Below, piece by piece: positions 44,456 to 52,742 of a DNA stretch of 64,000 bases. Position numbers and translations under genes: made by a program. How positions within the stretch are numbered: the first letter of the stretch is position 1; each line of letters opens with the position of its first letter. The notes beneath the pieces are model-generated. The model had not been told where the DNA came from. It did not search any database and worked only from the letters and a program-made list of their open reading frames with translations. Origin of the DNA: Bacteroidales bacterium (GTDB taxonomy: Bacteria; Bacteroidota; Bacteroidia; Bacteroidales; FEN-979); contig JBMOIP010000007.1 of NCBI GenBank assembly GCA_049317265.1, positions 2,663 through 66,662 on the forward strand, written 5' to 3'.

Positions 44456-44767
44456 ATGAAAATTGCCATCAACAACAGCAGGAAAATTTCTGCAATCCAG
44501 GCAGAATTCAATTCGATATTCCCGGCATATAAAATTGCATTTCATGTCAAGCCAAGCCATCCTGGTTCGGCCCCTTCTGAGAAACTGGTCAGCCATAGCA
44601 GCAAAACCCTGCAGGAATGCAGGGCAGTGCACAATGAGGGGTTTCTTGAAGTGCATTCATCCATGGATATCAAGGACCTCGAAGAAAATTTCAGGGATAT
44701 TTTCGGTTTGTCGGTCGAAATTGTACCGAAAAAAGAGAATGGTCCCATCGTAACCCATGCAGGATGA
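44456..44767 (+). CDS. hypothetical protein
   Basis: 103-aa ORF with an ATGA overlap to the next gene. No family recognised. Confidence 0.5.
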   Translation: MKIAINNSRKISAIQAEFNSIFPAYKIAFHVKPSHPGSAPSEKLVSHSSKTLQECRAVHNEGFLEVHSSMDIKDLEENFRDIFGLSVEIVPKKENGPIVTHAG

Positions 44768-46335
44768 AGGCGGCTTTCCTGATAGCCATATGCCTGCTTG
44801 CCTCTTGCGTTCTGCATAGCCAGGATGTGGCTCCTCAAAATCCCAGGAAAGTTGCTCCAAACGATACCATCGTTCCCGGGAAAGGAACACCCGAAAAGCA
44901 ACTTGAGAAAATCAAGGAGGTGAAAATTGAATTGCTTTCCGATTCCATCGGGAATGAACCAAAAAAGAGTGCATTGGTCGACACTACCATGCAAAACAAA
45001 TACGGCGATTTACTCGATGACGATACGGCCTACAATAAAAGATATCCCTTGTGGATACCTGTCACCGAAGTTCTGGGGGCAGTTACCCTCACCTGGGCTT
45101 TGGACCGTTATGCCCTGAATGCCGATTATGCCAGGATTGGCTTCAAATCGTGGAAAATAAACCTGACACAGGGATGGACCTGGGATGACGACCGTTTTGG
45201 TGTCAATTTCATTGGACACCCTTACTCCGGAACGCTCTCCTACAATGCCGGGCGTGCCAATGGGTATAACTACTACCAGTCCTTTTGCTTTGCCCTGGGA
45301 GGCAGCCTGATGTGGGAATATTTTGGAGAAAACACACGGCCATCCTATAACGATATTATTTATACTCCTGTCAACGGCGCCTTTATCGGTGAAATTCTAT
45401 ACAGGTTAAGCTCTAACATTCTCGATGACCGTACCAGGGGAACAGAGCGGGTGTTCCGGGAAATAGCGGCAGGATTGATTGACCCGATGCGAGGCTTTAA
45501 CCGGCTGATCCAGGGCAAATCATTCAGAAGGACCAATAAAGAGGTCTATGAAAAAGAACCTATCAACATCTCTCTTTACGGAGGCATGCGAAAAGTGGAT
45601 GAAACACCATACAGGGCTTTCGGAAAAGGAAGTTACAGCGGCATGTTCAACTTTCAGTTTGATTATGGCAACCCGTTTGAACTTCGTAAAAGGAAGCCAT
45701 TCGATTTTTTCAAACTCAGGGTCGACTTAAATTTCGGCGTTGGCCGGAAGTACCTTGACAACGTACTTGGCTACGCCATCCTGTTCGGTCAAAACAAGCA
45801 GGCTGGCAAACTGGCGCTGCTCATCGGAGGGTTTCAATATTATGATTACTGGGACAACAATAAATTCGAATTGGGCACCATTGGATTTGGGGCAGGTGTT
45901 ATCTCCAAATGGCCGGTGAGCAAGGTAAGCAACCTTTATACCAGCATTCACCTGGCTTTGGTCCCGTTTGGCGGCAATAGCACAAAATTCGTCATCGACA
46001 CTACCCAGGTGAGGGATTATAATTTCGTCGGAGGATTGGAAGCCAAGTTTGAAAGTACGTTCAACCTCAGCAGTTTTGCCACGGCAACGTTAAGATATTA
46101 CTTTTACTGGATGCGCACTTACATTGGCATGAACGGTAACAACTTCATTCAGATCATCAAACCCAGGATCACCGTCCATGTATACAAGGGCTTAAGTTTA
46201 GGAGTTGAATCCCAGCTCTATTACAACGATCTGTATCAAAGGAATCAGCCGGCTCATCACTCCATTCAAACAGAACAGAAAATATTCATCCTGTTCTACC
46301 TTGAAGATAAGCAGCGAAGGGGTCATTATAACTGA
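44764..46335 (+). CDS. DUF3943-like secreted/outer-membrane protein
   Basis: 523 aa with a signal peptide. The core NFIGHPYSGTLSYNAGRANGY...MWEYFGENTRPSYND recalls DUF3943. The C-terminal half is beta-barrel-like. Confidence 0.6.
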   Translation: MKAAFLIAICLLASCVLHSQDVAPQNPRKVAPNDTIVPGKGTPEKQLEKIKEVKIELLSDSIGNEPKKSALVDTTMQNKYGDLLDDDTAYNKRYPLWIPVTEVLGAVTLTWALDRYALNADYARIGFKSWKINLTQGWTWDDDRFGVNFIGHPYSGTLSYNAGRANGYNYYQSFCFALGGSLMWEYFGENTRPSYNDIIYTPVNGAFIGEILYRLSSNILDDRTRGTERVFREIAAGLIDPMRGFNRLIQGKSFRRTNKEVYEKEPINISLYGGMRKVDETPYRAFGKGSYSGMFNFQFDYGNPFELRKRKPFDFFKLRVDLNFGVGRKYLDNVLGYAILFGQNKQAGKLALLIGGFQYYDYWDNNKFELGTIGFGAGVISKWPVSKVSNLYTSIHLALVPFGGNSTKFVIDTTQVRDYNFVGGLEAKFESTFNLSSFATATLRYYFYWMRTYIGMNGNNFIQIIKPRITVHVYKGLSLGVESQLYYNDLYQRNQPAHHSIQTEQKIFILFYLEDKQRRGHYN

Positions 46336-46344
46336 TCAGGGGAA

Positions 46345-47259
46345 TCAGAAATGGTAAACAAGGGTAGCTCCTAAGCCGGTTGAACTTACCGGGATGATTT
46401 GCAGCTTTTTATTGGCGTTGAAATAGACCATGCTGCCTATGGCAAATCCCAATGCAGAACCAACCAGCACATCCGAAGCCCAGTGATCATTCACCGCAAG
46501 CCGGTAAAGTGCAGTAAAGCCTGCCAGTCCGAAACAGACACCCGGCACCCATTTTGTATCCCAGTATTCGAGGGCAACGACGGTGGCCACGGAAAAAATC
46601 GCGGAAGAGTGTCCTGAAGGAAATGAATTGTAGCCAAAGGTCCCGTAAGCGCCGCCCCAGCTGAATGGGCCATCCCATACATGAGGGTCGGGAGGATTGT
46701 CCTGGTAGGGTCTGTGCCGGTGGGTGATTTGTTTGATGACATTGGTAAAAACGACAGTAATTACATAAGCTTCCAGTCCTTTCATCCCGGTTTCCTTAGC
46801 CCGCTTGTTCTTCCAGATAACACCACAGGCATAAAAAACGCCCAATGCTGGTATACTGATCATACCGCTTCCTAGAGGACTGAAAAAATATTGCGAACTC
46901 TTGCTGATAAAAAGATTCTCGTTATGAAAAAAAAACTGCTGGATGGGCTTGTCTCCATAGGCTATAAGGCCGATGGCGGAGGTTGTAATTACAGCAGCCG
47001 CAATGATCTGCCCCTTCCTCCAGTGAAATGGATTGGTAAAGGCCGACTTTGTATCTGTCCAGTATGAACCGGCATAGGATTTGGAAAATTCACTGGTAGG
47101 CAATATATTCTGAGGTTCCGCAGTGATGATCAGGGTATCCGGTTTTTTATTGACCGTATCACTTTGCGTTTGTGCGATGGTGTCCTTTTTCTCCTGCGCT
47201 TCAGCCTGCAAAACCACTAAAAAGCAAAGAAGGAAAAAAACAATTGTCCGGGAAATCAT
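46345..47259 (-). CDS. PAP2-family lipid phosphatase
   Basis: All three PAP2 motifs are present: KQITHRHRP, PSGHSS, and RLAVNDHWASD. Confidence 0.8.
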   Translation of the reverse strand: MISRTIVFFLLCFLVVLQAEAQEKKDTIAQTQSDTVNKKPDTLIITAEPQNILPTSEFSKSYAGSYWTDTKSAFTNPFHWRKGQIIAAAVITTSAIGLIAYGDKPIQQFFFHNENLFISKSSQYFFSPLGSGMISIPALGVFYACGVIWKNKRAKETGMKGLEAYVITVVFTNVIKQITHRHRPYQDNPPDPHVWDGPFSWGGAYGTFGYNSFPSGHSSAIFSVATVVALEYWDTKWVPGVCFGLAGFTALYRLAVNDHWASDVLVGSALGFAIGSMVYFNANKKLQIIPVSSTGLGATLVYHF

Positions 47260-47328
47260 GGTGTTACCTGCCTTTATTCAACATCACTGCAAACATACCA
47301 AAATTCAAGTGTATTCTGCGATAATTGT

Positions 47329-47508
47329 CTACTTGCCACGGTGGTCTTTTTGATCGTGATGCCCCGAATTACCGGGATGTCCTTTTTGGCCATGCTGTCC
47401 ATTCCCGCCACCAGGATGGCCCATCCGGGGTCCGGGGAACATGCAGGATGTTAACTGCGTTAGGATCGCGACCATCAAAATGACCAATAGCACCTTCAGT
47501 TTTTTCAT
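47329..47508 (-). CDS. small His/Gly-rich lipoprotein (sORF absent from track)
   Basis: The 59-aa product is MKKLKVLLVILMVAILTQLTSCMFPGPRMGHPGGGNGQHGQKGHPGNSGHHDQKDHRGK, with lipobox LTSC. The ATG is 32 nt downstream of the P11 TTTG. Confidence 0.55.
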   Translation of the reverse strand: MKKLKVLLVILMVAILTQLTSCMFPGPRMGHPGGGNGQHGQKGHPGNSGHHDQKDHRGK

Positions 47509-47540
47509 GGAATTATAGATTTCACCTATGTATTATTATG

Positions 47541-47607
47541 CAAAGGTCCATGAATCAACAGCAACAAGTGTTACATAACTAAGGAAAAAACTTACATGAT
47601 TCACACA
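47541..47607 (-). promoter_or_regulatory. conserved 67-bp promoter module P11
   Basis: Gene-oriented sequence: TGTGTGAATCATGTAAG-N13-TATGTAACAC-N23-TTTG. The distal end abuts the stop codon (47608-47610) of the upstream gene. Confidence 0.7.
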
Positions 47608-48666
47608 TTAATAGGTTACCGGGGCCTTTTTCTTCTTTTTGAAGATGTCGAACCTTGTCCCACCCCAAAACCGGATCTGGCCAACATCATAAGCAAACAA
47701 TGCGTTGCTGAGTTTATCAGGAACTTCGTTGAACCCTGTTTGAACCGAAGCCCCGAGAAACCATTTGTCCGAATTATAACCCAGTGCCAGTCTGCCGCTG
47801 AGCTGGAAGATAAATCCAAAATCCGTATCAGTGTCCAGTTTGCTGGTATACGACGAAAACTGGGCAGCAACGCCAGGAAAAACGCCTGCTGTAACATAGA
47901 AATTCTTAAGGAAAACGAAGGTATACATGTACCCCGGCGAAAGTCCGTAGGTATAGAACTCCCCGCTTTTAATCTGGTTGGCCAATGGCAGACCGTAGGC
48001 ATCTGCCAGTTCCTGCGGAATGATTCCATCATTTGAAGACACCCTGAAGTATAAAAAGGAGGGTCGTACCACCAGGCTGCCGGCACTCTTCTTCTGCCGT
48101 TCATTCTGAATGAATGCAGCCCTCACCGAAAACCTCTTTGCTTTATAGATCCAATACCCGGAAATGCCCAGCGAGATGGTTTGCATGTCTGGTATAATGT
48201 AGTGGGTACCATCCGGCCGTTCAGGGGAAGAAAGATAAAAACCCTTGTATCGCTGCAAAAAGAATTCACCGGCCACAACCCGCCCGAAGGCATTGATCCG
48301 GAGGTCTATCGTGGATGTTTTTCCGTAAGCGTCACGGTCTGTTTTATAGAAAGGGTTATCCATCGATAACCCCAGTCCAAACCATCTCCAGAACCCGGCA
48401 ATCCCAATCCTCAGGTTGACATTGGGCCGGTAAACGACTTTTGAAATTTTTTCATTATCAGGATTGATCAGCAGCGAGGCATTCTGAAATAAGAGGAACA
48501 ACCTTGCCGTTACCAGGCTGGTATAATCTTCAAGGTAATTACTGTCGAAGGCAATGTGCGGTATGGTATCCGGCGATTGCATAGTTGATTGGGCGCCGGA
48601 AAACTTGGCGACAATGATCAAGTAGAAAAGTATCGTGCCGGTAACCAGTGTTTTAGCTGACTTCAT
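47608..48666 (-). CDS. DUF4421-like outer-membrane protein
   Basis: 352 aa with a signal peptide and beta-strand-rich sequence (RINAFGRVVAGEFFLQRYKGFYL...). The family assignment is from memory. Confidence 0.6.
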   Translation of the reverse strand: MKSAKTLVTGTILFYLIIVAKFSGAQSTMQSPDTIPHIAFDSNYLEDYTSLVTARLFLLFQNASLLINPDNEKISKVVYRPNVNLRIGIAGFWRWFGLGLSMDNPFYKTDRDAYGKTSTIDLRINAFGRVVAGEFFLQRYKGFYLSSPERPDGTHYIIPDMQTISLGISGYWIYKAKRFSVRAAFIQNERQKKSAGSLVVRPSFLYFRVSSNDGIIPQELADAYGLPLANQIKSGEFYTYGLSPGYMYTFVFLKNFYVTAGVFPGVAAQFSSYTSKLDTDTDFGFIFQLSGRLALGYNSDKWFLGASVQTGFNEVPDKLSNALFAYDVGQIRFWGGTRFDIFKKKKKAPVTY

Positions 48667-48769
48667 TCAAATACGTCTGTTCATCCTTTTTCGCACGGAC
48701 CACTCTGCCCCGGTAGATTGAACTCATCAGGCTACCGGAGTGCAAAGATATCATTTCCTGCTGCAGGAT

Positions 48770-48955
48770 TTATACATGGATATTCATCAGGTAAGCGAAC
48801 AGTCCAAACACCTTGAGGAGCCAAATTACAAGAACTATGACGACTACCGCATTGAAAATTCTTTTAATTTTCACATCCATGGGGATGTAAGCATTGACAA
48901 GCCAGAGGAGTACACCGGCAACGATCAGGACAATTAATATAGTGAAGAGGGGCAT
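48770..48955 (-). CDS. small two-TM membrane protein
   Basis: 61 aa: MPLFTILIVLIVAGVLLWLVNAYIPMDVKIKRIFNAVVVIVLVIWLLKVFGL. Confidence 0.6.
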   Translation of the reverse strand: MPLFTILIVLIVAGVLLWLVNAYIPMDVKIKRIFNAVVVIVLVIWLLKVFGLFAYLMNIHV

Positions 48956-49001
48956 AATATAGGTTTTAAATGATTAACAATGGTAAATCGAATTACCCGG
49001 T

Positions 49002-49616
49002 TCATTTACCGGCAGACATTTTCATCAATGCCACAGGATCCAGTTTCATGGTCAGGTCTTCAATGCCCAGGTTGGTCAGTTCAATTTCACACTGGATCAC
49101 TACTTCCTCACTGATCAGGAACCCTGCCGTTTCCAACGGGGTATTCCAGGCCAGTCCCCAGTCGCTTCTGCTCAATTTCCCGGTGACGGTAAACCCGGCT
49201 TTTTCATTTCCCCATGGATCGTGCACAATTCCGCCGAACTGCAGGTTCATCTTTACATTCTTCGTAATCCCGACCATGGTCAGTTCACCCCACATTTCAT
49301 GGTTTCCTTCATGATCCGGGTTGCCGATCGTACCCGAAGTAAAGGTGAGTTGCTTGTGGTTCTGAACATCAAAAAAATCACTGCTTTTCAGATGTTCATC
49401 CCGCTTTTCATTTGCTGTTTCAATGGATGACGCATCGATCCACAGGTCAATTTCAACTGTGGTAAAGTCCTTCTCAGTAGTATAAATGCTGGCATCAAAT
49501 TTTTTGAAAGTACCATTGACGTGAGAAATCATCAGATGCTTGATTTTAAAACCGATTTCGCTGTGAGCCTGGTCGATAGACCACTTTGTTTTTTGTAGAA
49601 CTTGAGGAGTTTTCAT
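49002..49616 (-). CDS. yceI: YceI-family periplasmic polyisoprenoid-binding protein
   Basis: Contains WSIDQAHSEIGFKIKHLMISHVNGTFKKF and a later ...VTGKLSRSDWGL. 204 aa. Confidence 0.85.
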   Translation of the reverse strand: MKTPQVLQKTKWSIDQAHSEIGFKIKHLMISHVNGTFKKFDASIYTTEKDFTTVEIDLWIDASSIETANEKRDEHLKSSDFFDVQNHKQLTFTSGTIGNPDHEGNHEMWGELTMVGITKNVKMNLQFGGIVHDPWGNEKAGFTVTGKLSRSDWGLAWNTPLETAGFLISEEVVIQCEIELTNLGIEDLTMKLDPVALMKMSAGK

Positions 49617-49642
49617 GATTGGTTTTATTAAAATTTAAGATA

Positions 49643-49709
49643 CAAAGTTGGATCTCTTACCGGTGGAAAGTGTTACATAACTCCTTAAATTAGTTACATC
49701 ATTCACACA
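49643..49709 (-). promoter_or_regulatory. conserved 67-bp promoter module P12
   Basis: Gene-oriented sequence: TGTGTGAATGATGTAAC-N13-TATGTAACAC-N23-TTTG, 26 nt from ATG 49616. The distal end is 3 nt from the upstream stop codon. Confidence 0.7.
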
Positions 49710-49712
49710 TTA

Positions 49713-50405
49713 TTAACTATCGGTTTTGGTGACGATCCGTCCATCGACCATTTCAATAATGCGATGCGTTTTTTTTGCAAACTCATCATCATGAGTCACC
49801 ACCAGAATGGTTTGTTGATGTTCTTCAGCAAGTTTCCTGAATATTTCAAATACAACCAGGCTGTTCTTCTTGTCGAGGTTGCCTGTTGGCTCATCCCCCA
49901 TGATGATGGTGGGATCATTGATGAGAGCCCGGGCGATGGCAACCCGCTGTTTTTCGCCTCCCGACAATTGGTTGGCATTTTTGTCGGCTAACTTTAATAC
50001 ATCCAGATTTCGCAGATGTCCCAATGCCCGCTGCCTCACTTCGGATTCCGGGTATTTTCCAAGTTTGAGCCCGGGGAGCATGACATTTTCCAGGGCGGTA
50101 AACTCATTTAACAAATAGTGAAACTGGAATACGAAACCGATTTTCTCGTTGCGTACACGCGCAAGCTGCCTGTCACTCTTTCCCCGCATCAACTCCCCTC
50201 CGATCATAAGGTCGCCTTCATAGTCAGTATCCATGGTTGAAAGGATATAAAGCAAGGTCGATTTCCCGCAACCCGATTTCCCGATGATGGAGACAAACTC
50301 CCCCTGTTTAACAGAGAGCGTTATGTCATCCAGGATTTTCACGGTAACCGGGTCGTGAAAACTCTTGTTCACATGGTTTGCCTGGAGTACCTGGGTTTCG
50401 TTCAT
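49713..50405 (-). CDS. ABC transporter ATP-binding protein (MacB/LolD type)
   Basis: Walker [10 protein letters not shown], signature [15 protein letters not shown], Walker [10 protein letters not shown]. Confidence 0.9.
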   Translation of the reverse strand: MNETQVLQANHVNKSFHDPVTVKILDDITLSVKQGEFVSIIGKSGCGKSTLLYILSTMDTDYEGDLMIGGELMRGKSDRQLARVRNEKIGFVFQFHYLLNEFTALENVMLPGLKLGKYPESEVRQRALGHLRNLDVLKLADKNANQLSGGEKQRVAIARALINDPTIIMGDEPTGNLDKKNSLVVFEIFRKLAEEHQQTILVVTHDDEFAKKTHRIIEMVDGRIVTKTDS

Positions 50406-50406
50406 G

Positions 50407-51666
50407 CTATTTACCTCTTATGATGATGACAGGATCCACTTTGCTTGCCTTCCTGGCAGGTGCCCAGCCGGCCAGGTAAGTCGTACCGATAGAAAAGATG
50501 GAGCCGATGATATAAAAAACCGGGTTGTAGTCAACAGGATAGGTCTTTACTGTTGGTAGCGCCGCCGTAATAAACGGAATCTGGTCAATCACCAGGGAAA
50601 AGAGGAAACCGAAAACGAGCCCCATCGAACCACCGAAAATCCCGATGCTCAAAGCAATCACCAGGAAAATACGATTTACGTCAGCGCCCGAAAACCCGGT
50701 AGCTTTCAGGATGGCAATGGAATCCATCTTCTCATAGATCATCATGTTTAAAATGTTGTAAATGCCGAATCCGGCAACAATCAGCAGGGTAATCCCCACA
50801 AGGTAAGATATGAGCGTCCTCACAAAAGAACCCGTTTCAAATTGCGCATTTGCTGTTTGAATATCTTCACTATCTGCCTGGTATAGTTGTGCATACTCTT
50901 TTGCAATCGCAGGTGCAGCGGCCATATCAAAGAGTTTAATCTGTATATCCGTTATGTAGTTGCCTGGTTTTCCCAGGATTTTCTGGACAGTCGGGATGGA
51001 TGCAAAGCTCTGCACTTTATCCAGCTCCTGCACACCCGATTGAAAAAAGCCAACTACTTTAAGCGAAAACCGCTCCTGGTTGACTGTTGTTATCTGAACC
51101 ACATCCCCGACGTCAACCATCAGTTTGACGGCCAGTCCCTCCCCAAGGATGATACTGTTGGACACATTCTTCAAGTCAAGCGGGTTGCAAAATTTCACAT
51201 AATCGTTAAAATGGAACAAATTGCCTTCTGACTGGCTATCAACACCATAGACGACACCGGTGATTTCAATGGAACCGTCGTTAAAAAAAACCGGGGCAGT
51301 AATCCTGGGAGCTACACCTTTTACCCGGGAATCTTTGTTCAAGGCCCGGATAATGGCCTGGCTGTTATAAATTTCCTGCCGCTTGCCTGCGGATTTAACC
51401 GACCGGATGAAATTAACACTGCCTGCAAATTCCGGAGAGAGATTAACAGGCTGATGGACATTGGGTTTTATTTCATTGAACAACCTCACATGTGCTGTTC
51501 TGTTAAGCATGAGTCCGTCGAGTAAATTATTGAGACCGGCCATAAAACTCAGGAGCGCAATAAACATAGTGATGCTGAACGTTACCCCAACAGCGGCAAC
51601 AAGAGACTGTTTCCACCTGGCCAGTAAAAGCGACTTGGCAATCCTCAGGATCAACTTGATTTTCAT
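50407..51666 (-). CDS. FtsX/MacB-type ABC permease
   Basis: 419 aa with an N-terminal TM helix, a large periplasmic domain, and a C-terminal FtsX-like 3-TM bundle. Confidence 0.85.
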   Translation of the reverse strand: MKIKLILRIAKSLLLARWKQSLVAAVGVTFSITMFIALLSFMAGLNNLLDGLMLNRTAHVRLFNEIKPNVHQPVNLSPEFAGSVNFIRSVKSAGKRQEIYNSQAIIRALNKDSRVKGVAPRITAPVFFNDGSIEITGVVYGVDSQSEGNLFHFNDYVKFCNPLDLKNVSNSIILGEGLAVKLMVDVGDVVQITTVNQERFSLKVVGFFQSGVQELDKVQSFASIPTVQKILGKPGNYITDIQIKLFDMAAAPAIAKEYAQLYQADSEDIQTANAQFETGSFVRTLISYLVGITLLIVAGFGIYNILNMMIYEKMDSIAILKATGFSGADVNRIFLVIALSIGIFGGSMGLVFGFLFSLVIDQIPFITAALPTVKTYPVDYNPVFYIIGSIFSIGTTYLAGWAPARKASKVDPVIIIRGK

Positions 51667-52742
51667 TGGGTTGGCTTATTGATCACGTCACCGGCAGACA
51701 GGCCGTTTATAATTTCAACCCTTTGATAATCCTTCAGTCCTACGATAACTTGTCTCATTTTCCCTTTTTTCATCTGTACCATCGAATCTCCGACCAGGTA
51801 ACTCCTGGGAATGGTCAGGGCTTTTTCCCTGGATTGAATGATAATATTTGCCTCAACGGTGAGATTAGGGTAGAGCACTTCGGGTTTTGAGACAAACAGG
51901 GCATTTACAGTGAAAGACCTCGTTTTCTCATTCATCAGGGGTTCAATGCGGTCGACTTTTGCTTCAAATACTTTACCCTTATAACTGTCCATTGTGAATA
52001 ACACTCTTTGCCCCATGTGAATCCTGGCAATGTCATACTCGTCAACGTTCATTTCAATTAAAAAAGCCGTTGCATCGCCTACAATTGCCAGCGGAATCAG
52101 GGTGCTAACAAATTCACCTTTTTCCTTGAAAATTTTATATACCCTCCCGCCGGCTTCCGCATTTACATAATAATCACCTGTCTGCAAGGCACTTATCTTC
52201 AGGTTCGTTTTCGCCTGGTTGGCAGTGAACTCCAATTGCCGTTGTAATTCGTGGTAGCGCAACTTTGCCAGCTGGAAATTGGCAACCGAGTTTTTATAGG
52301 CAAGCTGCCGCTGTTCAAATTCAACACGGCTGCCGATCCCCTCGGCCCACAATATGCGTTGCCTGGCCAGCAACAATGAATCATCCTTCATTTTGCTTAC
52401 AGAAACACTTATATTAACCTTTGCTTCGCCAAGTTTATCGGTGTTGGAAAACAGATCGGCATTGTTTGCTGCCAGCTGTGCGTTATAGGTATTCAGTTTC
52501 GACGATTCGTTCAATATCTTTATCAGCGGATCCCCCTTTCTGACAGTATCCCCCTCACGTACCAATATATTCTGGATCAACCCATTTACGGAGGAATATA
52601 CCTGGTACTGGTTTTTGCTCTTGATGATCCCGGAAGCGTAGACCGATTCAGAAATCGGGCCGATCGTCGGGCTGATCTGTTCCTTGCGGTTCCCGCATGA
52701 CACTGTCGACAGCATCAGAAAAATGAGCATCCTGTTTTTCAT
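51663..52742 (-). CDS. HlyD/MacA-type periplasmic adaptor lipoprotein
   Basis: Lipobox LSTVSC, a coiled-coil hairpin and beta-barrel regions. Start and stop codons overlap the neighbouring genes on both sides. Confidence 0.8.
   Translation of the reverse strand: MKNRMLIFLMLSTVSCGNRKEQISPTIGPISESVYASGIIKSKNQYQVYSSVNGLIQNILVREGDTVRKGDPLIKILNESSKLNTYNAQLAANNADLFSNTDKLGEAKVNISVSVSKMKDDSLLLARQRILWAEGIGSRVEFEQRQLAYKNSVANFQLAKLRYHELQRQLEFTANQAKTNLKISALQTGDYYVNAEAGGRVYKIFKEKGEFVSTLIPLAIVGDATAFLIEMNVDEYDIARIHMGQRVLFTMDSYKGKVFEAKVDRIEPLMNEKTRSFTVNALFVSKPEVLYPNLTVEANIIIQSREKALTIPRSYLVGDSMVQMKKGKMRQVIVGLKDYQRVEIINGLSAGDVINKPTQ

Noticed and set aside
48710-48738. A 7-bp hairpin (ccggtag...ctaccgg) between the small membrane gene and the DUF4421-like gene as a terminator.
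   Set aside because: No U-run follows it on the transcribed (minus) strand. A TATCTTTG box nearby (48743-48750) hints at an internal promoter, but the support is too weak to call.
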